DNA of 42,895 bases from a virus. Lineage: Duplodnaviria > Caudoviricetes. The stretch is taken from positions 1-42,895 of IMG/VR virus record IMGVR_UViG_3300042503_002275, one strand, 5' to 3'. The notes under the pieces were generated by a model, which was given only the letters and a program-made list of their open reading frames with translations, was not told the origin of the DNA and ran no database searches. A program made the position numbers and the translations under genes. Below are positions 34,159-42,895 of this stretch, in pieces; positions within the stretch are counted from its first letter, which is position 1, and every line of letters starts with the position of its first letter.

Positions 34159-34244
34159 CTGACCCTCCTAAAAAGTACTTTTTCGCCGGCTCCAGGGGGC
34201 TCCCCGGAGGCTACGACGAGCAGCGGCTCCCGCTGTCTTGGTAC

Positions 34245-34273
34245 ACATTAAGGGTTGCCGGGCTCCTTGTCAA
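34245..34273 (-). promoter_or_regulatory. Sigma70 promoter heading the early block
   Basis: TTGACA-17-TAATGT. Confidence 0.85.
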
Positions 34274-34604
34274 CAGGGTGGTGGACAGGCATGGAGACCA
34301 GGGCTCAGGGTGCCAGGTTCAGGGGGTATCTACCGTCCTCTCTCTACGTCCCAAAGCACCCCGGTCGTCACCACCTGATCCTTGGAGCCCCAGGGTCAGC
34401 ACATGGTTCCGATAACGAGTGTTATGTGATGAGCCGCCGGAATTCCAAGATCTTTGCCTCGGGGGGGATGGGGGTCTCGCCTCACAGATCGCTCAGGTGT
34501 GGTTGGTACCTTGTCACAGACGCAGGCCCAAAAGGTGTCCATCACCCTGTCTGGCAGCTGCCGTCATCAAAAGTGAGCAAGATTCCGCCCCGACGGTTAT
34601 AATT

Positions 34605-34688
34605 CCTCCTGTATCTAGATACAAGTAGTATCTAGACAGTATCTAAGTATATATATAATCTAAGCTATAGCTAGAATCTAGATACAGG
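34605..34688. repeat. AT-rich ATCTA repeat array bounded by inverted CCTGTATCTAGAT arms (origin/operator candidate)
   Basis: GTATCTA x3, ATCTA x5 and TATATATA in an otherwise GC-rich genome. Confidence 0.75.
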
Positions 34689-34696
34689 GGGGCCCC

Positions 34697-35005
34697 ATGG
34701 GTAACAAGACACCAGCGTGGCAACGTAAAGAAGGCCAGAACCCGAAGGGTGGGCTGAACGCGAAGGGGCGTGCGTCCCTACGTGCTGCCGGCCAGGACAT
34801 CAAGGCACCAGTCAAGAGTGGTGATAACCCCCGACGTGCCTCCTTCCTCGCCCGAATGGGTGGGGCACCTGGTCCAGAACGTGATGCCAAGGGAAAGCCG
34901 ACCCGGCTCCTGCTCAGTTTGCAGGCCTGGGGGGCCAGTAGCAAGGCCGACGCCAAGGCAAAGGCCAAGGCGATCAGCGCAAGAAACAAGAGCAAGGGGG
35001 CATAA
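34697..35005 (+). CDS. Basic phage protein, DUF6321-like
   Basis: AWQRKEG.NP.GGLNAKGR...RRASFLARM...SL.AW. Confidence 0.75.
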   Translation: MGNKTPAWQRKEGQNPKGGLNAKGRASLRAAGQDIKAPVKSGDNPRRASFLARMGGAPGPERDAKGKPTRLLLSLQAWGASSKADAKAKAKAISARNKSKGA

Positions 35006-35166
35006 TGCCAGGGAAGAAGCTCGGTCTCTACGAGAACATCAATGCCAAGCGGAAGCGTATCGCTGCCGGATCTGGCGAGAAGATGCGGAAGCCCGGAAGC
35101 AAGGGGGCACCTACGGCCAAGGACTTCAAGGACTCGGCCAAGACCGCGAAGAAGCGGAATGCTTGA
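35005..35166 (+). CDS. Small Lys-rich phage protein (53 aa), not called separately in the track
   Basis: MPGKKLGLYENINAKRKRIAAGSGEKMRKPGSKGAPTAKDFKDSAKTAKKRNA; TAATG-coupled. Confidence 0.75.
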   Translation: MPGKKLGLYENINAKRKRIAAGSGEKMRKPGSKGAPTAKDFKDSAKTAKKRNA

Positions 35167-35434
35167 CGAGATCCTCGACCAGGAGAACATCCCTCTAGAG
35201 TCGGGGGTCCATCCTTCCGGCGCCCTGTGCTGGCACCGCTGCTTCAAGAACGACCAGAAGTTTATCTTCGGTCTGGACTCCAAGAACGGTGGTGGGTACT
35301 ACCTGAGCCGGGATGGGGAGATGGTCGCGCACGGGAGCAAGTCCGCTCTCCTCAGTGCACTGGAGCGCTACGGCCTGCTCCACGAGATTGACCCGAAGGT
35401 CACCCAGCGGATCTTCATGGACGTCCGTTGCTAG
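35159..35434 (+). CDS. Hypothetical protein
   Basis: Start re-called to MLDEILD; tiles the operon. Confidence 0.55.
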   Translation: MLDEILDQENIPLESGVHPSGALCWHRCFKNDQKFIFGLDSKNGGGYYLSRDGEMVAHGSKSALLSALERYGLLHEIDPKVTQRIFMDVRC

Positions 35435-35958
35435 CATTCCTGCGCGACCTAGCGGTGATGGTACTCATCGTGGTCGTCCTGTTCGCGGCGTGCACCCCCC
35501 TAGCGAGCAAGCCTCCACTGGCGAGCGACCCGCCACCGACGCAGGAGGTGGTCCCCGCTAGTACCCCTACTCCTGTAGCTGAGTGGTCGCTTGCGGGCAA
35601 GGCTACCTGGTATGATGCCTCGAAAAACTGGGCCTGGTATACGCAGAAGGTCCGACCAAACGCAGAGAAGTACAACCAGCAGGGGGCACCGTACGCATTC
35701 TACGCGGCAGCTAGCCCCAAGCTCCGGGCGCTCGCCCCATTCAGCTGGGGTAAGGAGCCGTACCAGATTGTCGTGACGAACAAGAAGAACGGTCGGTCGA
35801 TTATCGCCTGGGTAGTTGACACTTGCGGATGTGTTGGTGGCAGTATCGTGGACCTTGCACCGGCAGCCTTTACCGCACTGGGGGTACGACTTGGGATCGG
35901 CATCCAAACTGTGGTTGTCTCACGTTACTACCCAACAGTTACTGCAAGCGGCAGATAG
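35428..35958 (+). CDS. RlpA-like double-psi beta-barrel lipoprotein (lytic transglycosylase-like)
   Basis: Signal peptide with LFAAC lipobox; G.ATWY, AAAS, VVD.C, IVDL...AF..LG. Confidence 0.75.
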   Translation: MLAFLRDLAVMVLIVVVLFAACTPLASKPPLASDPPPTQEVVPASTPTPVAEWSLAGKATWYDASKNWAWYTQKVRPNAEKYNQQGAPYAFYAAASPKLRALAPFSWGKEPYQIVVTNKKNGRSIIAWVVDTCGCVGGSIVDLAPAAFTALGVRLGIGIQTVVVSRYYPTVTASGR

Positions 35959-36012
35959 GCGAGGTACAATTCCCGGCATGGCAATTGCCAAAATACTGTA
36001 AGGAGAAATTTC

Positions 36013-36414
36013 ATGGTTGCACGTAAAGACTCAGTCAAGGTTCCAGGACCAAGCAGGGACAAGCCACAGCCAAAGCCGCCAAAGCCAAATCCAAAGGGCG
36101 ATCCTAGGCGCCGTGATGTTCCTAAGGTCCCAGCACCAAAGCTTCCTAAGCCGCCAAAGGCCGATCCAAAGAAGCAGGAAAAGTTTAAGGAAGCACCAAA
36201 GTCGTTAGGGAAGCAAGTCGGCGCTCTGGCTGCAAAGGCCCAGAAGTATAAGTACATGAACGTGATGGGACCAGCTGGTCCAGCGCCTAAGCCAACGCCG
36301 AAGCCAAAGCCAGGTTCAGGGACGTTCCCAAAGCGTTATGAAGGTACGCCTACTCGAACGCTTCCGCCAAAGCCAAGGCCAAAGCCTGGTTCGCCACGAC
36401 GCGGTACCCGCTAA
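36013..36414 (+). CDS. Pro/Lys-rich disordered basic protein
   Basis: PKP repeats; AAGGAG RBS. Confidence 0.65.
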   Translation: MVARKDSVKVPGPSRDKPQPKPPKPNPKGDPRRRDVPKVPAPKLPKPPKADPKKQEKFKEAPKSLGKQVGALAAKAQKYKYMNVMGPAGPAPKPTPKPKPGSGTFPKRYEGTPTRTLPPKPRPKPGSPRRGTR

Positions 36415-37014
36415 ATGGCACCAAAGCTACCACCAATGGGCATGGCCGGGCTGACCGGCCTTACCGGTGTTCCTAGGGGTGCCGGTGGACCACAGGTTGG
36501 TCCATCGACGCCTATTGGCCCGATGAACGCTGAGGAAGCGGATTATCTTCAGTCCACAAGCAACACAAACATTAGGGGAATCCCTGGTCGCGGTGGTGCG
36601 CCAACGGCAGGACCGCTAAAGGTTGGTCAGCCAAAGACTCCAGCCGGAAGTGCTTCGGTCTTTGCCCCATTTGGTTTTGATGCCAAGGGTAACCCAATCA
36701 CGACCCCACCCCCAGGATGGAAGTACTTCAACTGGGAAGGTATGCCTGTTGCCCCTGCACCAGCAACTGGTGGATGGAGCGAGGCTGACCGAGCCCAGGC
36801 AGTCTTCGGTCCAGAGGCACAGGCCCCCGACTTCGCCGATACCGGCGGAGAAGGCGCAGACATGTACGAGATGGGGCTGATCCCACAGGACCAGATCTTC
36901 TTGCCAGTGGGCGCAAAGCTTACTGTTCCACTGACCCCAGAATCAAAGGTAAAGACAAAGTCCAAGGTTGGTAAGGTCACCATGCGACGCAGTGGCGGTA
37001 AGATCGCCCGGTAA
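36415..37014 (+). CDS. Pro/Gly-rich hypothetical protein
   Basis: 199 aa, abuts the previous stop; basic C-terminus. Confidence 0.65.
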   Translation: MAPKLPPMGMAGLTGLTGVPRGAGGPQVGPSTPIGPMNAEEADYLQSTSNTNIRGIPGRGGAPTAGPLKVGQPKTPAGSASVFAPFGFDAKGNPITTPPPGWKYFNWEGMPVAPAPATGGWSEADRAQAVFGPEAQAPDFADTGGEGADMYEMGLIPQDQIFLPVGAKLTVPLTPESKVKTKSKVGKVTMRRSGGKIAR

Positions 37015-37022
37015 GGAGCCCC

Positions 37023-37463
37023 GTGGCTAAATTCGGATCTGACTCACAGTACCAGTACGGGCAGAGCCTGTATGATCCATACAAGAACCTTCGACGGCCA
37101 CGCGCTGCCTTAGGCTCGTTGCTTGGCACCCAGCGTTATTCGCTAAAGACTGGCGATACCGCAAACAAGGAAAAAGTTGGAATGGCTGTTAGTGCATTCC
37201 GTGGGATCTTTGGGACCTCGTCAAACTCCGCAAGCGCAACAACCTTTGAAAAGGCAGTTCAGAATGTCAATGACCCGCTCTCGCTATACAGCCTAGCCTC
37301 TCAGCTAGTTGTTGGCCGACGGAAGTACCAGCTTGCCCAAGGTGGATACGGGGCAACGTCCGGCACCAGGGCCGCACAAGGTGGCGGAGTATACGTTCAG
37401 AACGCCCTGAAGAATATCCTTGGGCTAAAGTGGGACTATAAGACTAACAAGTATACGGGGTGA
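37023..37463 (+). CDS. Basic hypothetical protein
   Basis: GTG start; AAGGAG RBS. Confidence 0.65.
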   Translation: MAKFGSDSQYQYGQSLYDPYKNLRRPRAALGSLLGTQRYSLKTGDTANKEKVGMAVSAFRGIFGTSSNSASATTFEKAVQNVNDPLSLYSLASQLVVGRRKYQLAQGGYGATSGTRAAQGGGVYVQNALKNILGLKWDYKTNKYTG

Positions 37464-37465
37464 CC

Positions 37466-37948
37466 ATGGCTGAGATTGATCCGGTATCGAGGGCCGGTTA
37501 CGGTAAGCCAGGGTACTGCAAAGTCTGTAGCTTCTCGGAGGTCGATGCAATCAATGACCGACTACAGAAGGGCTGGAATGCTCGCCAGGTCAATGATTTC
37601 GCGAAGCAGTTTGGCGTACGCTTCAATCGCCAGACGATCTATGCACACAAGGCCCATGCTACTGATCCGCGTGATAAGGTCATTGCTTACGCTGAGCGCA
37701 CGAAGGCAGTGGCCCCGATCCGCACCGGCACGACGGACCAGTTCCTCGAGGCGGTCAGGGACATCGGGCTCCGCCGGATCGAGCAGACACCAGACGAAGT
37801 AACTCTGGACCATGCGCTAAAAGCTGCTACAATCCTATCTCAGAAGAAGGAAAAGCAGACCAATGTATTCCTAATGTTGGCCAAAGTGGTCACGGGAAAT
37901 ACTGGCGAGATAATCGTTGGTCAAGCAGAGGAGATCGAAAATGAGTGA
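37466..37948 (+). CDS. terS: Putative terminase small subunit
   Basis: CKVC...H..H with an HTH-like segment, then oligomerisation-type helices; upstream of TerL. Confidence 0.55.
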   Translation: MAEIDPVSRAGYGKPGYCKVCSFSEVDAINDRLQKGWNARQVNDFAKQFGVRFNRQTIYAHKAHATDPRDKVIAYAERTKAVAPIRTGTTDQFLEAVRDIGLRRIEQTPDEVTLDHALKAATILSQKKEKQTNVFLMLAKVVTGNTGEIIVGQAEEIENE

Positions 37949-38291
37949 ACCGTTGAAGCTCCGTGTTCTTCGCAAGGTCGAGGGCCTTGACGAGCGAACC
38001 TACAACTATTTTGTCGGGACCAAGGACCTGGTCGCCGGGCAGTTTGTCAAGGCAGACAGCTCGTGGGATGACTGGGCAACCCAAGAACTGATCAAGGCCA
38101 CCGTTGGCTGGGCAGTTGCTACCCCTGAAGGTGAAGTGCTTGCTGAGTTCAAGACTGGAATCGAGGCCACTAATGCTGCCCTCGGCGCAAAGATTGATAT
38201 CAAGCGCTCCGTAAGCCTGGATAGCAAGCCGGCAGTCGAAGAGGTTGTCGAGGCCAAGCCAGAAGTTCAGAAGACCAAGAAGAAGGCCTAA
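37941..38291 (+). CDS. Hypothetical protein
   Basis: Start re-called to MSEPLK behind GAGGAG. Confidence 0.65.
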   Translation: MSEPLKLRVLRKVEGLDERTYNYFVGTKDLVAGQFVKADSSWDDWATQELIKATVGWAVATPEGEVLAEFKTGIEATNAALGAKIDIKRSVSLDSKPAVEEVVEAKPEVQKTKKKA

Positions 38292-38292
38292 C

Positions 38293-38649
38293 ATGGCAAA
38301 GCCCAATACGGCTGAGCCATTCCTTCCGGACGAGCGCGTCGCTCGGCTACGTGACCGCGTGGTCAAGGAGCTGGGTATGCCTGATGACACCATTGTGATC
38401 ACCTATGTGGTCCCGGAAAAGAACGGCCAGGGCCCTTGGGCGATGTTCGGCGTGCTTACCGCAGCACCAGAACCGCACCAGAATCCCTTCATGACGCAGG
38501 GTTCGTGCTATGTTGAGGCCTTCGAGGAGAAGGATCGGCACTATAAGCACTTCGTTGGTGTCCCAGACCCTGCCTTTAGCATCCTAAAGATCGCTGCAAA
38601 GGCCCATAAGGAGCGCTGGAACAACATGGTGGGCATGTCGAATGGCTAG
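38293..38649 (+). CDS. Hypothetical protein
   Basis: Start re-called to MAKPNT; tiles the operon. Confidence 0.65.
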   Translation: MAKPNTAEPFLPDERVARLRDRVVKELGMPDDTIVITYVVPEKNGQGPWAMFGVLTAAPEPHQNPFMTQGSCYVEAFEEKDRHYKHFVGVPDPAFSILKIAAKAHKERWNNMVGMSNG

Positions 38650-38902
38650 GACTGGTCAATTTTCTGGTCCTACCGAGCCATTCCTGCTTCCGGTCTCAGT
38701 CCTGAAGCCACCGAACAATGCACGGGCGGGTATTGAGTTCTCCGAAGAGCTTGATGACTTTGCCACAAAGCTCTCAGACAATGAAAAGTACGAGCTCCAG
38801 AAGGATATTGAGGACATTTATGCTCTCCTCGAGCAGATCCGTAGCCAGAAGGGCGTCCAAAAGTATACGGTTGGTAGCTCTGGGACTGTGAGGTTTGGTT
38901 GA
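38642..38902 (+). CDS. Hypothetical protein
   Basis: 86 aa overlapping both neighbours. Confidence 0.6.
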   Translation: MARTGQFSGPTEPFLLPVSVLKPPNNARAGIEFSEELDDFATKLSDNEKYELQKDIEDIYALLEQIRSQKGVQKYTVGSSGTVRFG

Positions 38903-40368
38903 GCAATGAGGAAATCCTTCAGGCCCTAGCGAACGGGAGGAAGGACCCAGTCGTTTTCTTTGAGCAGGTGCTCGGTATCCGAGTAAACCATGCCCAACGA
39001 CGCTGGTTGTCCCTGATCAAGCCCGGAGAGGACGGCTGGCAGTGGCGGTACAAGACCGTTATTCACGTTGCGGCCAACCAGATTGGTAAAACCCTGGGCG
39101 TAGCGGGGCTTTTGCTCTGGGCTGCAAACTACAAGATCGGGAATGACCCCAAGGATGCCCAGGCATGGCTCAATAGCCCCTACCTGGTGATCCATGTGGC
39201 ACCAAAACAGCAGCAGGCCTACCTTCCGCTCAAAGATATTGCCATGATCATCAAGGGAACTCATGCCGCGCAGAAGCTTCCGGTACGGGTACCAGAAGGA
39301 TTCGCCCGGGAGACCAAGGTTGAGACCTATTACCAGGGGCTCGAGCTCTGGAACGGAGCAGTTATCCAGTTCCGTACCTCAGAAGACAAAGCACAGGCCC
39401 TCCAGGGCTACCGCTGCTCGCTCATCACCTTCGACGAGGTAGGCTTTGAGACCCACTTGAAGGCAGTTGTCTACGAGACGCTCATGATGCGCCTTATCTC
39501 TACCGGCGGCCCGATCCTCATGGTCGGAACCCCTAACGGCATGACCGAATACTACGAGTTTGTCACCGAGATCACCACGCAGGGGCAGGAGCTGGGCGAC
39601 CGGACCTGGGAAAACAAGGATTCTGCGCTCTGCTGGAGCCATGTCACCGATAACGTTGGCTACGGTATCTCTCAGGAAGAGGTCGAGCGCATGGAGGCGA
39701 ACCTCGACCCAGCAACCAAGGAGCAGCAACTACGCGGTGCCTTCCTTGAGCCGGCAGAGGCCTTCTTTACCCCGACTGAATCCATGGTCAAGGCCTTCAA
39801 GGAGGACCTCATGGACGTCGAGATGCCAAAGGCCGGCCATGTCTACGCAATCTTCTGGGACCCGAGCGTATCCTCGGACCCTACCGCCTGCATTGTCCTG
39901 GATGTGACGGAGAAGACCTGGCGCGGAGTCAACTTCAAGCACTACCTGAAGCCCCCGCCATTCACCCAGCTCATCTCGGATATCCACGCCATGCACGCGT
40001 TGTATAATTCCGATGGGGCACGGGCAACTACGGGATTTGATTCGACCTCCATGGGCGGTGCTATCGTGCGCCAGTCCCTGTCAGGGCTGCACCCCCAGCG
40101 CCCAATTAACTTCGGTGGGCCAACGACCAAGATCACCTCGCTAACAAACCTGCGGGCGGCCCTGGTCGAAAGGCGGATCATTCTGCCGGCCTCATGGTAT
40201 CGTCTGAAGCGGGAGATTCTGAACTATCGGCTGAAAGATGATAAGATTGCACAGGACTCTGTAATGGCACTTGTTGGTGTTTGTGATATGGCTTCTCGCG
40301 GCGTTGGGGGAACCCAGCGTTCTAGGATTGATGTATCCGGTAGAGTTGCTGTGATTGGAAGGCGGTAA
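38899..40368 (+). CDS. terL: Terminase large subunit
   Basis: Walker A AANQIGKT, Walker B ITFDE, GTP coupling motif, RNase H nuclease FWDPS..D and QDSVMA. Confidence 0.92.
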   Translation: MSNEEILQALANGRKDPVVFFEQVLGIRVNHAQRRWLSLIKPGEDGWQWRYKTVIHVAANQIGKTLGVAGLLLWAANYKIGNDPKDAQAWLNSPYLVIHVAPKQQQAYLPLKDIAMIIKGTHAAQKLPVRVPEGFARETKVETYYQGLELWNGAVIQFRTSEDKAQALQGYRCSLITFDEVGFETHLKAVVYETLMMRLISTGGPILMVGTPNGMTEYYEFVTEITTQGQELGDRTWENKDSALCWSHVTDNVGYGISQEEVERMEANLDPATKEQQLRGAFLEPAEAFFTPTESMVKAFKEDLMDVEMPKAGHVYAIFWDPSVSSDPTACIVLDVTEKTWRGVNFKHYLKPPPFTQLISDIHAMHALYNSDGARATTGFDSTSMGGAIVRQSLSGLHPQRPINFGGPTTKITSLTNLRAALVERRIILPASWYRLKREILNYRLKDDKIAQDSVMALVGVCDMASRGVGGTQRSRIDVSGRVAVIGRR

Positions 40369-40370
40369 AC

Positions 40371-42344
40371 GTGGCGGAAGACCTTAAGCTGCAAGATATG
40401 GTTGACGCAGCTGAGATCCAGATTATGGCGCGCGAGCGCTATCAGTCATCCGACTCATATCAGGCACGACTCAACTCTAAGTACCGACGCGCCCACAACC
40501 TCTATGCCCCGCTCTACGGAGACCAGTGGCCAGAGGATGGTGTTGCCCGACCAGGTAAGATCCACATGTCCGTCAACATCGTGAAGGCCGCTGTCGACGT
40601 CGACTCCCGACTCCAGTCCCTCCTGCCACGCATCTCCCTCGACCCGGAGACCATCGCGCTCGAGGACCGAGCCCGAGCAGAGTCCGCAGAGAAGATGATG
40701 ATCCAGTTCCTCGAGATGTCGGGCTGGGATGTCTGGCTCTCCGACCTTGCTAAGACGAAGTGCCTGTACGGCAAGGGCGTCCTCAAGCCATTCTGGAACA
40801 AGGAAGACAACCGCCCAGACGTCACGGTTATCGAGAATCCATCCAACCTCCGCATCGGGTACGGCTCGAGCGACTACCGCATCATTGACTGGGCGATCTA
40901 CGAGTACCTCCTCTCGCCTCTTGCCGCCTCGGCCCAGTTCCCGGGTGTGAAGATCGAGAAGACTGGCGACCGAAAGAACCCGTACGCTGTGGTGAAGGGC
41001 TACGACCACGCTGACCCACTCCAGACCAAGCCACTTCCAAGCACGACCAATGGCAAGGATAATATCCGCACCCCATCGCAGCGTGTCCCCTCAGCCTACG
41101 AGGACAACCAGGTCCGGGTCTGGGACTACTGGTACAAGGATCAGAAGGGCGACGTCTATAACGCTACGCTCATCGAGGGGACCCTTGTTGATGGCCCAAA
41201 GAAGCACCCGGAACTTGCTGATGTTCCGTTCATCGTTATCGAGAACGACCACGAGCCAGCATCCCCAGAGGGTATCGGTACTGCCGAACCAATCTACGAC
41301 CTTCAGATTGAGCTTAACCGTGCGATCAGCCACTGGGCTCAGCTTGTTGCTGACGAGATCGATCCAAGCTGGCAGCTGACCGGCGAGAACGCTGACTCTA
41401 TCCCTGGCGGTATCGTGCCAAAGGCCGGCGAGATTGTTGCGGTCGGCGCAGGAAACCGTATTGAGCCAATCGCCAAGACCATCAACCAGTTCCCAGTACA
41501 GCAGTTGATCGAGCAGATCTTCAATCTCTTCCACCGCGTCACCGGACTCTCTGAAGTTCTGTTTGGCGCACCAGGTGGATCGCAGACCTCCGGCCGCGCA
41601 CTGGCGGTACAGGTTGAGGCAGCAGCGAACCGACTTGATCCAAAGCGCCGTCGCTTGTACCAGGGCCTCCGCGAGCTCCTAGTCTTCTGGACGTTCATGG
41701 CTGAGAAAGTCAACCCGAAGTTTGCAGTGGAGGAGACCGAGACTGGCGAGAAGCTCTATGCCGGCCTTGCCGACATCTTCACTAACCTCAAGCGCTGGAA
41801 GATCATTGCCCCAGAGATCACGCCACGAGACGTCATCGAGAATACGACGAACACGATTAACAAGGTCAACTCCAAGCTGATCTCGCTCCGCACCGCGATG
41901 GACGAGCTCGGCGTTGACTCACCAGAGGACGAGCTCAAGACTATCGAGATGGAGCGCTCCAACGCCCACCTCTTCCCAGGCGACGTCCAGGCATGGGTTG
42001 CTGTCGTGTCGATGATCCAGCAGATGCAGGCACAGCAACAGGCAATGTCCCAGCAGCTCTCCCAGGTCACCGGTACCGAGCTCCCACCCGGAGGCCCAGG
42101 TCAGCCAGGCGCCGGCATGAGCGAGCAGGCAGCCGCTGAGGCTGCTGCGGCGCAGTCCCAGAACGATCAGTTTGCGATGCAGCCACAGGGCGAGCAGGGA
42201 GATAACGCAGAGTCTGCTGCAATGCCAGCCACTGCTGCTGGTGGTCCGGCCCCGGCCGGTAGCAACCAGAGCAACACGACGCTAATCCGTAACACCCCAA
42301 CTGGTGGAGCCACCACGCTCCAGCAGACCGTCATCCGGAGGTAG
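40371..42344 (+). CDS. Portal protein
   Basis: Follows TerL; G.G.LK.FW, VWDYW, VPF....N, LQ.ELN, SGRAL patterns; Gln-rich C-terminal helix and disordered tail. Confidence 0.85.
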   Translation: MAEDLKLQDMVDAAEIQIMARERYQSSDSYQARLNSKYRRAHNLYAPLYGDQWPEDGVARPGKIHMSVNIVKAAVDVDSRLQSLLPRISLDPETIALEDRARAESAEKMMIQFLEMSGWDVWLSDLAKTKCLYGKGVLKPFWNKEDNRPDVTVIENPSNLRIGYGSSDYRIIDWAIYEYLLSPLAASAQFPGVKIEKTGDRKNPYAVVKGYDHADPLQTKPLPSTTNGKDNIRTPSQRVPSAYEDNQVRVWDYWYKDQKGDVYNATLIEGTLVDGPKKHPELADVPFIVIENDHEPASPEGIGTAEPIYDLQIELNRAISHWAQLVADEIDPSWQLTGENADSIPGGIVPKAGEIVAVGAGNRIEPIAKTINQFPVQQLIEQIFNLFHRVTGLSEVLFGAPGGSQTSGRALAVQVEAAANRLDPKRRRLYQGLRELLVFWTFMAEKVNPKFAVEETETGEKLYAGLADIFTNLKRWKIIAPEITPRDVIENTTNTINKVNSKLISLRTAMDELGVDSPEDELKTIEMERSNAHLFPGDVQAWVAVVSMIQQMQAQQQAMSQQLSQVTGTELPPGGPGQPGAGMSEQAAAEAAAAQSQNDQFAMQPQGEQGDNAESAAMPATAAGGPAPAGSNQSNTTLIRNTPTGGATTLQQTVIRR

Positions 42345-42347
42345 TAG

Positions 42348-42895
42348 ATGGGTCGCGCAAGTTTCGGCGGAGCATCAGACTACAGCAGCGTATTTGCGGG
42401 GCTGTATAACCAGGCTGCTGGCGAGCGCCGATCACAGATTGATAACGCCATGAACGAGGCCAAGCGCGTCGCGCAGGCTGAAGATGAGTCCCTCATTGAG
42501 GCCTGGAAAAAGGGAACCGTTTCTGACGCAGAACTTCTTGAGCGACTTGCAATGCGCCGAGACGAGGCGATGGATGACGTAGACAAGAATGCTTTTTCCA
42601 GTCTCTACAACGAATACAAGGAAGCTATCGCGGACGGCAAGGCCAAAGTTAAGTTTGCTAATAACCCTGCTGGACTGATTGCCTACTACCAGAAGAAGCT
42701 CAAGGGACTTAACCCAAACTCTGCCGGATACCGACGAGCGCAACTCGAAATTGTTGATTTGCAAAAGTTGCTAACTCCAGATAATGATGGTCGAAAAAAT
42801 ACACCAGCAACCTTGACAAAGATTCAGTCATTTGTTGATGACGAGACCGACTATAAGCTCCTGCTCGTCCAGGCCTATGAAGGTGGCATGAATAC
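42348..42895 (+). CDS. N-terminal part of putative internal virion protein, 3'-truncated, not in the ORF track
   Basis: ATG after GGAGG; open to the window end (MGRASFGGASDYSSVFAGLY...), helical. Confidence 0.75.
   Translation, partial: MGRASFGGASDYSSVFAGLYNQAAGERRSQIDNAMNEAKRVAQAEDESLIEAWKKGTVSDAELLERLAMRRDEAMDDVDKNAFSSLYNEYKEAIADGKAKVKFANNPAGLIAYYQKKLKGLNPNSAGYRRAQLEIVDLQKLLTPDNDGRKNTPATLTKIQSFVDDETDYKLLLVQAYEGGMN

Noticed and set aside
34146-34628. ORFs of 69-115 aa in the divergence region
   Set aside because: No RBS, they overlap promoters, and the composition is not protein-like.
1-42895. Prophage, tRNA genes or alternative genetic code
   Set aside because: No integrase, att site or host genes; no cloverleaf spotted by eye; genes tile fully under code 11 using all three stops.

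Overview
The window is almost a whole tailed dsDNA phage genome (Caudoviricetes), opened inside a probable internal virion gene. The + strand late block runs: small basic proteins, RlpA-like lipoprotein, TerS, TerL, portal, a putative ejection protein split across the window ends, a 4005-aa polyvalent protein, scaffold, N4-gp56-type capsid, adaptor, Dit-like and Tal-like tail proteins, and a tail fibre with an S74 chaperone. A - strand operon holds an exonuclease, an Nmad1-like gene, a C39-like endolysin and a holin. A + strand replication/recombination block holds a Cas4-like nuclease, SSAP, DnaB, resolvase, SSB and RepB-like primase. A - strand early block of small genes has repeated sigma70 promoter-hairpin-RBS cassettes. 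I found no DNA polymerase, integrase, tail tube, tape measure, tRNA or CRISPR. Best leads: (i) the giant protein's stacked enzyme-like domains (HhH-glycosylase-like, FRAVHD, two tandem ART-like, zincin); (ii) siphovirus-type tail-tip genes without tube or tape measure; (iii) three promoter/operator classes, including an 18-bp site with a palindromic core repeated 10 kb apart. All family calls come from motif recognition by eye, not database searches.
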